Below the pieces are notes generated by a model that saw nothing but the letters and a program-made list of their open reading frames with translations, did no database searches and was not told where the DNA came from. This document shows, piece by piece, positions 21,934-32,434 of a stretch of DNA of 64,000 nucleotides. Within the stretch, counting starts at the first letter, position 1; the number at the start of each line of letters is the position of its first letter. The stretch covers positions 125,923 through 189,922 of the forward strand of contig CAWDVE010000004.1 of NCBI GenBank assembly GCA_963805625.1. The letters are read 5' to 3'. A program made the position numbers and the translations under genes. The stretch comes from an uncultured Candidatus Rokubacteria bacterium. Lineage in GTDB: Bacteria; Methylomirabilota; Methylomirabilia; Rokubacteriales; DASRDR01.

Positions 21934-22987
21934 CCTTTCGCCAGCCGGGCGCGGCGGGTCGTGTCGCGGGTCCGCCCGCGCGGCCCTCAGCGGTCTGCTG
22001 GTCACGATCGCGCTGGTGATACTCGGCGCGGGGACGGTGGCGGCGGAGGGGAGAAAGGTCAAGGTCGGCGTACTCAAGCTGAGCTCGTCGGCCCCGATCT
22101 TCCTCGGCGTGGAGCGCGGAACCTTCCGCGAGTTCGGGATCGAGCCCGAGCTGGTCTACTTCCAGGCGGCGCAGCCGGTGGCGGTGGCGATCGCGGCCGG
22201 CGAGATCGAGGTGGGCGCCACGGGCCTCACCGCCGGCCTCTACAACGTCGCCACCGGGGGCGAGAAGGTCTGGGTCGTCGCCGACAAGGGCCGCGAGTGG
22301 CCGGGGTCCCCGCTGACGGCGCTCCTGGTCCAGAAGGACGGCCCCATCCGGTCGATCCGGGACCTCAAGGGCCGGAAGGTCGGCATCACGCAGCTCGGGT
22401 CGACGTTCCACTACATGCTGGGGAACCTCCTCGAGCAGGAGAGGCTCTCGCTGGCGGATGTGGAGCCGGCGCCGCTCCGCACGCTCGGCGCGATGGCCGA
22501 GGCGCTCCAGGCGCGGCGGGTCGACGCGATCCTCATCCCGCAGCCATTCGCCGGCACCACCATCGAGAGTGGATTCGGGCGCCTCCTGTTCTGGGTCGGC
22601 GACAAGCTGCCCTACCAGGGGGCGGCGATCTTCTACTCGAAGGCGTTCGCGCAGGACCGCGAGCGCGCGGTCGCCTTCATGAAGGGATACGTCAAGGCCG
22701 CCCGGCTGTTCTTCGACGCGGTGCTCGCGCTGAAGGACGGTAGGCCGCCGTCGGGCCCCGCCTACGACGAGGTCGTCAACGTCACCGCCCGGTACACGGG
22801 CGCCACGCCGGAGGTCGTTCGCGTGGGCTTCCCGTACCAGGATCGGGACGGACGGCTGGACGTGGCCGACATCAGCCGACAGCTCTCCTGGTACCACAAG
22901 GCGGGCATGGTCACGGCGCCGCTCCAGGCGCGTGATCTCGTGGACGGCTCGTTCCTCGAGGACGCGCTACGCGCCCTGCCGCGCTGA
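21923..22987 (+). CDS. ABC substrate-binding protein, SsuA/NMT1-like (no permease adjacent)
   Basis: Hydrophobic signal-like segment, [18 protein letters not shown], class II periplasmic-binding pattern. Confidence 0.75.
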   Translation: MRADLSPAGRGGSCRGSARAALSGLLVTIALVILGAGTVAAEGRKVKVGVLKLSSSAPIFLGVERGTFREFGIEPELVYFQAAQPVAVAIAAGEIEVGATGLTAGLYNVATGGEKVWVVADKGREWPGSPLTALLVQKDGPIRSIRDLKGRKVGITQLGSTFHYMLGNLLEQERLSLADVEPAPLRTLGAMAEALQARRVDAILIPQPFAGTTIESGFGRLLFWVGDKLPYQGAAIFYSKAFAQDRERAVAFMKGYVKAARLFFDAVLALKDGRPPSGPAYDEVVNVTARYTGATPEVVRVGFPYQDRDGRLDVADISRQLSWYHKAGMVTAPLQARDLVDGSFLEDALRALPR

Positions 22988-23026
22988 TTGCCGTCGCCGC
23001 GGGTGGCGGACGCGCGCCCTAGGCCG

Positions 23027-24526
23027 ATGTTCGGCAAGCTTCTGATCGCCAACCGGGGCGAGATCGCCGTGCGCGTGATCCGCGCGTGCCAGGACGCCGG
23101 CGTCCGCACGGTGGCCGTCTTCTCCGAGGCGGATCGAGACGCCCTCCACGTCCGGCTGGCCGACGAGGCGCACCCGATCGGCCCGGCCCCGGCGACCGAG
23201 AGCTACCTCGTGATCGATCGCATCGTCGCGGTCGCCCGCCGGACGGGTGCCGAGGCGGTCCATCCCGGCTACGGATTCCTGGCTGAGAACGCGGGCTTCG
23301 CCGAGGCGTGCCGCGCCGCGGGCCTCGTGTTCGTGGGTCCGCCGCCCGCCGCGATCGCCGTGATGGGCGACAAGACCGCGGCGCGCCGCGCGGCCGTCGA
23401 GGCGGGCGTGCCGATCGTGCCAGGGACCCCGGATCCGGTGGGATCGGATGCGGAGGCCCGTCGGGCCGCGCGGGACCTCGGCTTCCCGGTGATGATCAAG
23501 GCGGCCTGGGGTGGCGGTGGGAAGGGCATGCGGCTCGTGTCGATCCCGGGGGAGCTCGAGTCGGCGCTGCGGCTGGCGCGCTCCGAGGCGGCCGCCGCGT
23601 TCGGTGACGGCGCCGTCTACCTCGAGAAAGCGATCGTCGAGCCCCGCCACGTCGAGATCCAGGTCCTCGCGGATGCGCACGGCCAGATCCTGCACCTGGG
23701 CGAGCGCGAGTGCTCGATCCAGCGGCGGCACCAGAAGCTCGTCGAGGAGTCACCGTCGCCCGCCGTGGACGAGACCCTCCGGGCCGAGATGGGACGGGCG
23801 GCCTGCCGGCTCCTGGCCTCGGCGGGCTACCAGAACGCTGGGACGGTCGAGTTCCTTCTCGACCCCGGCGGGCGTTTCTACTTCCTCGAGGTCAACACGC
23901 GGCTCCAGGTCGAGCACTCGGTCACGGAGCTGGTGACCGGCATCGATCTCGTCCGGGAGCAGCTCCGCCTGGCGGCTGGCGAGAAGCTCGGATACGCCCA
24001 GGCGGATGTGGCCGCGCACGGCTGGGCGATCGAGTGCCGGATCTCGGCCGAGGATCCTGCCGCCGGATTCATCCCGTCCCCGGGTCGGATCGCGACGTGG
24101 CGCCCACCGGCGGGCCCCTGGGTGCGCCTGGACAGCGGGGTCTACGAGGGCGGGGAGGTGTCGCTCCATTACGATCCCCTGATGGCCAAGCTCATCGTGT
24201 GGGGTCGCGATCGCGGAGAAGCGGTGGGCCGGATGCGCCGGGCGCTCGGCGAGTTCGGAGTCACCGGCGTCCGGACCACCATTCCCTTTCACCGTGCGGT
24301 GATGGATCACCCCGACTTCCTCGGCGGGCAGCTGTCGACGGCGTTCGTGGCGCGCGCCTTCGCGGGCGGGCTCGGGCCACCGTCGCCCGCGCGCGCGCGC
24401 GCCGCGGCGGTGGCGGCCGCGCTCCGGACGCGGGCGCTCGCCCCGCCGGCTCCGCCGGCGGCGACTTCCGGCCCTTCCCGCTGGGCCATGGCGGGTCGAC
24501 CGGGGCCCGGGAGTGTGCGGCGGTGA
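23027..24526 (+). CDS. accC: Biotin carboxylase subunit of an acyl-CoA carboxylase
   Basis: KLLIANRGEIA, HPGYGFLAEN, GGGGKGMR, RECSIQRRHQK, EVNTRLQVEH. Confidence 0.88.
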   Translation: MFGKLLIANRGEIAVRVIRACQDAGVRTVAVFSEADRDALHVRLADEAHPIGPAPATESYLVIDRIVAVARRTGAEAVHPGYGFLAENAGFAEACRAAGLVFVGPPPAAIAVMGDKTAARRAAVEAGVPIVPGTPDPVGSDAEARRAARDLGFPVMIKAAWGGGGKGMRLVSIPGELESALRLARSEAAAAFGDGAVYLEKAIVEPRHVEIQVLADAHGQILHLGERECSIQRRHQKLVEESPSPAVDETLRAEMGRAACRLLASAGYQNAGTVEFLLDPGGRFYFLEVNTRLQVEHSVTELVTGIDLVREQLRLAAGEKLGYAQADVAAHGWAIECRISAEDPAAGFIPSPGRIATWRPPAGPWVRLDSGVYEGGEVSLHYDPLMAKLIVWGRDRGEAVGRMRRALGEFGVTGVRTTIPFHRAVMDHPDFLGGQLSTAFVARAFAGGLGPPSPARARAAAVAAALRTRALAPPAPPAATSGPSRWAMAGRPGPGSVRR

Positions 24527-25059
24527 CCTCCACCGGATCGGGAAGACGCTCCTCGCGCCTGAGCATCCAGGTCGATGACGCGACGTTCACCGTCGAGGTC
24601 GAGGAGCTGGGATCCGGGACCCTCGAGGTCCGCGTCGATGGGCGTCCGGTGGAAGTCGACGCTCGACTCCCCGCATCCGGAACTGGCTCACTCCTGCTGG
24701 ACGGCGTCTCGTACGTCGTGGATCTCGGCGAGGCGGGAGTGGACGCGCTCCTGGCCGTGGACGGCGAGACGTTCCGGGTCCGGGTCGACGACCCTGTTGC
24801 CGGGCGGCGGCGCGGCCCGACCGAGGCGAGTGCGGGCGCCGGCACCGGCCAGCGGCTTGTGGCGCCCATGCCCGGAAAGGTCGTCAAGGTGCTCGTCGAG
24901 GTAGGCCAGCCGGTGGAGCGCGGGGCCGGCCTGGTCGTGCTCGAGGCGATGAAGATGGAGAACGAGTTCCGGGCGACCGGGAGCGGGATGGTCAGCGAGA
25001 TCCACGTGGAGCCAGGCCAGGCGGTCGACGCGGGAGCTCTCCTCGTCGTCATCGCGTGA
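24523..25059 (+). CDS. Biotin carboxyl carrier protein
   Basis: APMPGKV...LEAMKMENE biotinylation motif; GTGA overlap with the upstream gene. Confidence 0.85.
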   Translation: MTSTGSGRRSSRLSIQVDDATFTVEVEELGSGTLEVRVDGRPVEVDARLPASGTGSLLLDGVSYVVDLGEAGVDALLAVDGETFRVRVDDPVAGRRRGPTEASAGAGTGQRLVAPMPGKVVKVLVEVGQPVERGAGLVVLEAMKMENEFRATGSGMVSEIHVEPGQAVDAGALLVVIA

Positions 25060-25169
25060 CCCCGCGAGTGGCGTCCACCGCGACCGGCCCTCGGGCGTCC
25101 GTTCCGGCCTGGCTGCTCCCGCCCGGGTAGCGAGGATGGCGCGATGAACCCGCCAGACCCGAGCCGCCC

Positions 25170-26489
25170 GTGACTCCCGGCGCGCGTACAGCGGTCGCGC
25201 TCGCGCTCGGAAGCTTCGTCCTCTACAACGCGAACCTCCGGGAGATCAGCTCGCAGGACACCGTTCCCAATCGGGTCCTCCCGTACGAGGTGATCGAGTA
25301 CGGGCGTCTCGACCTCGATCGCCTGTTCCAGGGCTGGCCGGCCGCCGCCCCGCTCCCTTTCTGGATCCAGCACGTCGGCACGCACTATCGGTCGAACTAT
25401 CCCGTGGCCCCGGCGCTTCTGGCGGTTCCCGTCTACGCGGGCCCCGTCCTCCTGGGCGCCGGCGACAGCTGGCCCGTCCTGAACGCTCTCTCCAAGCTCG
25501 CCGCGTCCCTGTTCGCGGCTCTGTCCGTCGCCTTCGTGTACCTCGCGGCCCAGGAGCTCGCCCGCCGGCAGGGGAGCGGGGAGGCGACGGCCCTGGCGAC
25601 GGCGGCTGTCTACGCGTTTGCGACGTCGACGTGGGCCATCGCGAGCCAGGGCCTGTGGGGACACGGCCCGGCGCAACTCGGCCTGGCGGTGTCTCTCTGG
25701 GCCCTTCTGCGGCCCGGAACGGCTCGATGGGGAACGGTCCTGGCCGGGCTGGCCGCAGGCACCATGGTAGCGAGCCGCCCCTCGACCGGGCTGGTGGCCG
25801 CGGCCCTCGCGGGCTTCGCCGTCCTGTCCCGGGGCCGCGCTGGGCTTCTCTTTGCGGGGATGCTCGGCGCGGTCGTGGCGGCGGTGGCGGCGCACAACCT
25901 GGCGATCTTCGGGTCGGTCCAGGGCGGCTACGCCGAGCTTCATCGGACCCACGCGGAGCATCACGGGGTGGGGTCGGCCTGGGGCGCATCGTTCGGGGCG
26001 GGGCTGGCCGGTGTCCTCGTGAGCCCGAGTCGCGGGCTCTTCATCTACTCGCCAGTGCTCCTGTTCCCCGCCGTGGGACTCCTCGTCTGGCTTGTCCGGC
26101 GCCGCGGCGGGCTCCTGGCCTGCGCGGCCGTCGCCGTCGCGGTCGGCATCGGGACCATCGCGCAGTTCTCGGTGTGGTGGGGTGGACACTCCTTCGGCCC
26201 CCGCCTTCTCGCCGACGTCCTGCCGGCTATGGTCCTCGGGGTGGTGCCCGTCTGGCCGGCGATCCGCGGGCCCGTGGGGCGGTGGCTCTTCGCCGCGGCC
26301 TTCGCCGCCTCGGTCCTGGTCCAGGTCGTGGGCGCCTTCTACTATCCATCGCCTCGCAGCGTGGACTGGGACACGAGCCCCACGGACGTGGACTTTGCCC
26401 ACGAGCGGCTCTGGGACTGGCACGATTCTCAGCTGCTTCGATTGCTCCGGAACGGCCCCGTGAGCTCGGGGTTCCGGACGACCCCCTGA
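25170..26489 (+). CDS. Polytopic membrane protein, probable GT-C glycosyltransferase
   Basis: SQDTVPN, SNYPV, SQGLWGHG, SPSRGLFIYSP, WWGGHSFGPRLL motifs; many TM helices. Confidence 0.6.
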   Translation: MTPGARTAVALALGSFVLYNANLREISSQDTVPNRVLPYEVIEYGRLDLDRLFQGWPAAAPLPFWIQHVGTHYRSNYPVAPALLAVPVYAGPVLLGAGDSWPVLNALSKLAASLFAALSVAFVYLAAQELARRQGSGEATALATAAVYAFATSTWAIASQGLWGHGPAQLGLAVSLWALLRPGTARWGTVLAGLAAGTMVASRPSTGLVAAALAGFAVLSRGRAGLLFAGMLGAVVAAVAAHNLAIFGSVQGGYAELHRTHAEHHGVGSAWGASFGAGLAGVLVSPSRGLFIYSPVLLFPAVGLLVWLVRRRGGLLACAAVAVAVGIGTIAQFSVWWGGHSFGPRLLADVLPAMVLGVVPVWPAIRGPVGRWLFAAAFAASVLVQVVGAFYYPSPRSVDWDTSPTDVDFAHERLWDWHDSQLLRLLRNGPVSSGFRTTP

Positions 26490-26553
26490 ACGGCGAGGAT
26501 CCCCGCGCCCCTCGGGGCGGCGCTCCCAGGCCATCCGCAGCCCCTGGGTTGGC

Positions 26554-26582
26554 TTGACCCCCGCCAGGGGCCGGCATAAGAT
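26554..26582 (+). promoter_or_regulatory. Sigma70-type promoter of the SBP array
   Basis: TTGACC-N17-TAAGAT, 100 bp upstream of ATG 26683. Confidence 0.6.
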
Positions 26583-26682
26583 CGGGCCACGTCCGTAGCC
26601 CCTTTCCGCGCGCGGGGCAGGCTTGTGCTTTGGAAGCGCGCAGAATAAAACTCGAAATCTGAATCTCGGGAGGACAGGCAGC

Positions 26683-28479
26683 ATGGAAGAGCGTGAGCTT
26701 CGGCACTGGATTGACCGGGTGAAGGACGGCACCATCACCCGTCGTAATTTCACCCGGATGATGGTCGGGCTCGGCCTGACGGCACCCCTGGCGGCTCAGA
26801 TGCTCGCCGCCGCGGGCGTGGCGCACGCGCAGACGAAGCCCGCCTTCGCGCCGACCAAGCGTGGCGGCGGCGGCAGCGTCAAGGTGCTGTGGTGGCAGGC
26901 TCCGACCCTCCTGAACCCGCACTTCGCGAATGGCACGAAGGACCAGGACGGCTCCCGCATCTTCTACGAGCCCCTCGCGTCCTTCGACCCCGACGGTAAC
27001 CTCTTCCCCAACCTGGCGGCCGAGGTGCCGACTGTCCAGAACGGCGGCGTCGCGAAGGACGGCACGTCCGTCACGTGGAAGCTCAAGCGAAACGTCCAGT
27101 GGCACGACGGGAAGCCCTTCACGGCCGACGACGTGGTGTTCAACTGGGAGTACGCGACGGATCCGGCCACCGCGGCCGTGACGTCCGGCAACTTCCCGAA
27201 CGTCACGAAGGTCGAGAAGATCGACGCTTCCACGGTCAAGGTCAGCTTCAACCGGCCCCAGCCCTTCCCGTACACCGCGCTCTGCGGGCCGAACGGGCAG
27301 ATCATCCCCAAGCACGTCTTCGAGGCGTTCAAGGGCGCCAACTCGCGCGAGGCGCCGGCCAACCTCAAGCCGATCGGCACCGGCGCCTACCGGTACGTGG
27401 ACTTCAAGCCGGGCGACATGGTCCGGGCCGAGCTGAACCCCAACTATCACGTGCCCAACCGGCCGTTCTTCGACATGATCGAGCTGAAGGGCGGGGGCGA
27501 CGCGGCCTCGGCGGCACGGGCGGTCATCCAGACCGGCGAGTACGACTTCGCCTGGAACATGCAGGTCGAGGATGACATCCTCAAGCGCCTGGAGCAGGGC
27601 GGGAAGGGCCGCGTGAACATCGCTCTGGCCGGCGACATCGAGCACATCCAGCTCAACAACAGCGACCCCTGGACCGAGGTCGACGGGGAGCGCTCGAGCC
27701 TCAAGTCCAAGCACCCGTTCCTGACCGATCCCGCGGTCCGCCAGGCGCTGAACCTCCTGGTCGACCGGGGCTCCGTGCAGGAGCAGCTCTACGGCCGCCA
27801 GGGACAGGCGACCGCCAACTTCCTGAACGCGCCGTCCAAGTTCAGCTCCAAGAACAACAAGTGGGAGCTGAACCCCGACAAGGCCAACCAGATCCTCGAG
27901 GCCGCGGGCTGGAAGAAGGGGCCGGACGGCATCCGCGCCAAAGACGGCAAGAAGCTGAAGATGGTCTACCAGACCTCCATCAACGCGGTTCGCCAGAAGA
28001 CCCAGGCGATCGTCAAGCAGGCTGCGGCCAAGGCAGGCATCGAGATCGAGATCAAGTCGGTGGTGGCGTCCGTGTTCTTCGCCTCCGATCCGGCGAACTG
28101 GGACACGTATCCCCACTTCGCGACCGACCTCCAGATGTACACGACCACGATGACCCATCCCGACCCTCAGCGGCTCATGGACCAGTTCACCTCCTGGGAA
28201 GTGGCGTCCAAGGAGAACAAGTGGCTGGGGCGCAACCCTACCCGGTGGCGCAACGAGGAGTACGACAAGCTCTGGAAGGCGGCCGACTCGGAGATGGATC
28301 CCGTCAAGCGCGCGGCCATGTTCGTCCGGATGAACGATCTCTTGATCCAGAACGTGGTCGTGATTCCGGTCATCTGGCGCGCGAATGTTAGCGCCATATC
28401 ACACAAGCTGAGAGATGCTGACATCAGCGCGTGGGATTCGAACCTCGCGACGCTGGCGTTCTGGCACCGCGAAGCGTAG
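26683..28479 (+). CDS. Peptide/nickel ABC substrate-binding protein (family 5), paralog 1
   Basis: Twin-arginine-like TRRNF signal, WHDGKPFTADDV, PIGTGAY; GGAGG RBS. Confidence 0.9.
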   Translation: MEERELRHWIDRVKDGTITRRNFTRMMVGLGLTAPLAAQMLAAAGVAHAQTKPAFAPTKRGGGGSVKVLWWQAPTLLNPHFANGTKDQDGSRIFYEPLASFDPDGNLFPNLAAEVPTVQNGGVAKDGTSVTWKLKRNVQWHDGKPFTADDVVFNWEYATDPATAAVTSGNFPNVTKVEKIDASTVKVSFNRPQPFPYTALCGPNGQIIPKHVFEAFKGANSREAPANLKPIGTGAYRYVDFKPGDMVRAELNPNYHVPNRPFFDMIELKGGGDAASAARAVIQTGEYDFAWNMQVEDDILKRLEQGGKGRVNIALAGDIEHIQLNNSDPWTEVDGERSSLKSKHPFLTDPAVRQALNLLVDRGSVQEQLYGRQGQATANFLNAPSKFSSKNNKWELNPDKANQILEAAGWKKGPDGIRAKDGKKLKMVYQTSINAVRQKTQAIVKQAAAKAGIEIEIKSVVASVFFASDPANWDTYPHFATDLQMYTTTMTHPDPQRLMDQFTSWEVASKENKWLGRNPTRWRNEEYDKLWKAADSEMDPVKRAAMFVRMNDLLIQNVVVIPVIWRANVSAISHKLRDADISAWDSNLATLAFWHREA

Positions 28480-28653
28480 TTCGGCTCGGGGGATTGGCCT
28501 CGCCGGAGCGGCGGGGCCAAGCCTCCGGGGCATCGAGATGAAAGGGCTGTCTCAGTCGGACGAGGGTGGGACGCCCGGTTCCCCGGCGGGCCAGCCGGCG
28601 CCGCCCCTCCGCCTGATTCGCGTCCGAGCCGCAACGCCACCGGAGGGAGAGCC

Positions 28654-30456
28654 ATGGATGAGCGTGAACGTGAGCTGAGGCAGTGGATCGCGCGGGTCAA
28701 GAACGGCACGGTCACCCGCCGTGAGTTCACCCGGATGATGGTCGCGGCCGGGCTGACGGCGCCGATGGCGGCCCAGATGCTGTCGGCATCGGGCGTGGCT
28801 CACGCCCAGCAGAAGCCGGCGTTCAATCCCACCAAGCGTGGGGGCGGCGGACCGGTCAAGACCCTGTGGTGGCAGGCCCCGGTGCTCTTGAACCCCCACC
28901 TCTCCCCGGGGACGAAGGACGTCGACGCCTCGCGCATCTTCTACGAGCCCCTCTGCTCGTTCGATCCCGACGGGAACCTCCTCCCGGTCCTGGCGACCGA
29001 GGTGCCCACGGTCCAGAACGGCGGGATCTCGAAGGACGGTATGTCGGTGACCTGGAAGCTGAAGAAGAACGTCGTCTGGCACGATGGGAAGCCGTTCACG
29101 GCGGACGACGTGGTTGCGACCTGGGAGTGGGCGGCCGACCCGGCCTCGGCGGCCGTGACCTCGGGGGGGTACAAGGACATCGCCCGGATCGACAAGCTGG
29201 ACAGTCACACCGCCAAGATCACCTTCACGCGGCCGGCGCCGTTTCCCTTCGAGCCGTTCTGCGGCCCCAACGGGCAGGTCCTGCCGAAGCACGTCTTCGA
29301 GCCGTTCAAGGGAGCGAAGTCCCGCGAGGCGCCGGCCAACCTCAAGCCCGTGGGGACCGGGCCATACCGGATCGTCGACTTCAAGCCCGGGGACTCCGTC
29401 AAGGCCGAGCTCAACCCGACCTATCACGTGCCGAATCGGCCGTTCTTCGACACGCTGGAGATGAAGGGCGGCGGGGATGCCGCCTCCGCGGCGCGCGCGG
29501 TCATCCAGACCGGCGAGTACGACTACGCCTGGAACATGCAGGTCGAGGACGACATCCTGCTTCGCCTGGAGCAAGGTGGTCGCGGCAAGGTCGAGATCGT
29601 CTACGGCGGCAACATCGAGTTCATCGGGGTCAACTTCTCCGACCCCTGGACCGAGGTGGACGGGGAATGGTCCAGCCCGAAGTCGAAGCACCCCCTCTTC
29701 ACCGACCCCGCCGTGCGCCAGGCCGTGAACCTCCTGGTCGACCGGTCGGCGGTCCAGGAGCAGATCTACGGCCGCCAGGGCCGGACGAGCGCCAACTTCC
29801 TGAACGCCCCCTCCAAGGTCCGCTCGGCCAACACGAAGTGGGAGTTCAGCGTCGACAAGGCCAACGCGCTGCTCGAGCAGGCCGGGTGGAAGCGGGGGGC
29901 CGACGGCATCCGCGCCAAGGACGGCAAGCGCCTCAAGATCGTGTACCAGACGTCCACCAACGCTCCCCGCCAGAAGAACCAGGCCATCGTCAAGCAGGCC
30001 GCGGCCAAGGCCGGGATCGACGTCGAGATCAAGGCGGTCGTCGCGTCGGTCTTCTTCGGGTCCGACCCGGCGAACTGGGACACGTTCCCGCACTTCAAGG
30101 CCGACATCCAGATGTACACGACTACCATGGTGCACCCCGACCCGCAGCGGTTCATGAACCAGTTCCTCACCGAGGAGATCGCGTCGAAGGCCAACAAGTG
30201 GTCGGGCCGCAACCCGACGCGCTGGGGCAACGAGGAGTACGACCGGACGTACAAGGCTTCCGAGAGCGAGATGGATCCCGTCAAGCGCGCGGCCATGTTC
30301 ATCAAGATGAACGATCTCCTGATCCAGAACGTCGTCGTGATCCCGGTGCTCTGGCGGGCCCGCGTGGCGGCCGTCTCCAACAAGCTCCGAAACACCGAGC
30401 AGAGCCCGTGGGAGTCCGACTTCTGGAACCACGCCAACTGGTACCGCGAGGCGTAG
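28654..30456 (+). CDS. Family 5 ABC substrate-binding protein, paralog 2
   Basis: TRREF signal, WHDGKPFTADDV, PVGTGPY. Confidence 0.9.
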   Translation: MDERERELRQWIARVKNGTVTRREFTRMMVAAGLTAPMAAQMLSASGVAHAQQKPAFNPTKRGGGGPVKTLWWQAPVLLNPHLSPGTKDVDASRIFYEPLCSFDPDGNLLPVLATEVPTVQNGGISKDGMSVTWKLKKNVVWHDGKPFTADDVVATWEWAADPASAAVTSGGYKDIARIDKLDSHTAKITFTRPAPFPFEPFCGPNGQVLPKHVFEPFKGAKSREAPANLKPVGTGPYRIVDFKPGDSVKAELNPTYHVPNRPFFDTLEMKGGGDAASAARAVIQTGEYDYAWNMQVEDDILLRLEQGGRGKVEIVYGGNIEFIGVNFSDPWTEVDGEWSSPKSKHPLFTDPAVRQAVNLLVDRSAVQEQIYGRQGRTSANFLNAPSKVRSANTKWEFSVDKANALLEQAGWKRGADGIRAKDGKRLKIVYQTSTNAPRQKNQAIVKQAAAKAGIDVEIKAVVASVFFGSDPANWDTFPHFKADIQMYTTTMVHPDPQRFMNQFLTEEIASKANKWSGRNPTRWGNEEYDRTYKASESEMDPVKRAAMFIKMNDLLIQNVVVIPVLWRARVAAVSNKLRNTEQSPWESDFWNHANWYREA

Positions 30457-30620
30457 AGCTGGCGCCCTGGCCGCGGCCTGCCTTCCCCGGACCCGGGGTG
30501 GGAGCGTCGGCGCGCCTGGTCGGTGGCGAAGCCACGCCCGGCAGACCGGCCGGTGTGCCGGGGCCGAGCCTCGCCGGGTGTTCACTCGCATCGGGATCGA
30601 CAGAGCAGGGAGGATAACCC

Positions 30621-32423
30621 ATGGATGAGCGTGAGCTGCGGGAGTGGATCGAACGGGTCAAGGACGGCACGCTCAGCCGCCGGGATTTCACCCGGATGCT
30701 GGCGGGCTTCGGGCTGGCGACGCCGATGGCGGCGCAGGTGCTCGCCGCGGGCGGGGTGCCCCGCCGGGCTTCCGCTCAGACGAAGCCCGCGTTCACGCCG
30801 AGCCGGCGAGGCGGTGGCGGCGAGCTCAAGACGCTCTGGTGGCAGGCGGTGAGCATCCTGAACTGCCACCTCGCGGTGGGCGTGAAGGACAACGACGGCT
30901 CGCGGCTCTTCAACGAGCCGCTGGCGGCCTTCGATCCCGACGGCAACCTGATGCCGATCCTAGCTGCCGAGATCCCGACGCTCGACAACGGCGGCGTCTC
31001 GAAGGACGGTCTCTCAGTCACCTGGAAGCTCAAGAAGAACGTCCAGTGGCACGACGGCAAGCCCTTCACCGCCGATGACGTAGTGTTCACCTGGGAGTTC
31101 GCGGCCGACCCCGCGACGGCCGCGACCACCGCCGGCAACTACAAGGACATTGCGCGGATCGACAAGGTCGACAGCCATACCGTCAAGATGGGATTCAAGA
31201 ATCCGACGCCGTTCTGGGCGATCTCCTTCTGCGGCCCGACGGGGCTCGTCATCCCCCGGCACGTCTTCGAGCCATTCAAGGGGGCGAAGTCCCGGGAGGC
31301 CCCGGCGAACATGAAGCCGGTGGGAACCGGCCCCTACCGGTACGTGGACTTCAAGCCCAACGACGTCGTCCGGGCCGAGCTCAACCCGAACTACCACGTC
31401 CCCAACTGGCCGTTCTTCGACCGGGTCGAGATGAAGGGCGGCGGGGACGCGACCTCGGCGGCGCGCGCGGTCATCCAGACCGGCGAGTACGACTTCGCCT
31501 GGAACCTCCAGGTCGAGGACGACATCCTGCGGCGGATGGAGCAGGGCGGGAAGGGGCGCGTGGACTTCACCGTCTCCGGCAACATCGAGCACGTCAACGT
31601 GAACCAGACCGACCCCTGGACCGAGGTCGACGGCGAGCGTTCCAGTCTGAAGACCAAGCACCCGCTGCTCTCCGATCCGGCGGTCCGCCAGGCGCTGTCC
31701 CTGGTGATCGATCGCGGGTCCATGCAGGAGCAGCTCTACGGGCGGGCCGGGCAGGCGACGGCCAACTACGTCAACGCCCCCGGCCGCTTCCAGTCGAAGA
31801 ACACGCGGTGGGAGTTCAGCGTCGACAGGGCCAACAAGGTCCTCGACGATGCCGGCTGGAAACGCGGCGCCGACGGGGTCCGCGCCAAGGACGGCAAGCG
31901 GCTGAAGCTCCTGCTCCAGACCTCGATCAACCCGCTCCGGCAGAAGGAGCAGGCCATCATCAAGCAGGTGGCCGCCAAAGCCGGGATGGAGATGGAGCTG
32001 AAGACGGTGGTCGCATCCGTCTTCTTTGGCTCCGACGAGGCCAACCCGGACAACATCGGGCACTTCAGCGCCGATCTCCAGATGTACGCCTGGCAGTTCG
32101 ACGTCGACCCCCTGCCGTCCATGCGCGTCTTCCCGTCGTGGGAAGTGGCCACCAAGGAGAACAAGTTCTCGGGGCGCAACACGACACGCTTCCGCAGCGA
32201 GGAGTTCGACCGCCTGTACAAGGCGGCCGAGACCGAGATGGATCCGGTCAAGCGCGCGGCCCACTTCATCCGGATGAACGACCTGGTGGTGCAGAACATG
32301 GTCGTCATCCCGCTCGTCTGGCGGAACTGGGTCTCTGGCGTCTCCAGCAAGCTGAAGGGCACCGAGATCAGCGGCTGGGACTCGAGCTTCTGGAACCTGT
32401 CCCACTGGTATCGCGAGGCGTAG
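30621..32423 (+). CDS. Family 5 ABC substrate-binding protein, paralog 3
   Basis: SRRDF signal and the same core motifs. Confidence 0.9.
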   Translation: MDERELREWIERVKDGTLSRRDFTRMLAGFGLATPMAAQVLAAGGVPRRASAQTKPAFTPSRRGGGGELKTLWWQAVSILNCHLAVGVKDNDGSRLFNEPLAAFDPDGNLMPILAAEIPTLDNGGVSKDGLSVTWKLKKNVQWHDGKPFTADDVVFTWEFAADPATAATTAGNYKDIARIDKVDSHTVKMGFKNPTPFWAISFCGPTGLVIPRHVFEPFKGAKSREAPANMKPVGTGPYRYVDFKPNDVVRAELNPNYHVPNWPFFDRVEMKGGGDATSAARAVIQTGEYDFAWNLQVEDDILRRMEQGGKGRVDFTVSGNIEHVNVNQTDPWTEVDGERSSLKTKHPLLSDPAVRQALSLVIDRGSMQEQLYGRAGQATANYVNAPGRFQSKNTRWEFSVDRANKVLDDAGWKRGADGVRAKDGKRLKLLLQTSINPLRQKEQAIIKQVAAKAGMEMELKTVVASVFFGSDEANPDNIGHFSADLQMYAWQFDVDPLPSMRVFPSWEVATKENKFSGRNTTRFRSEEFDRLYKAAETEMDPVKRAAHFIRMNDLVVQNMVVIPLVWRNWVSGVSSKLKGTEISGWDSSFWNLSHWYREA

Positions 32424-32434
32424 CCGGAGGGACG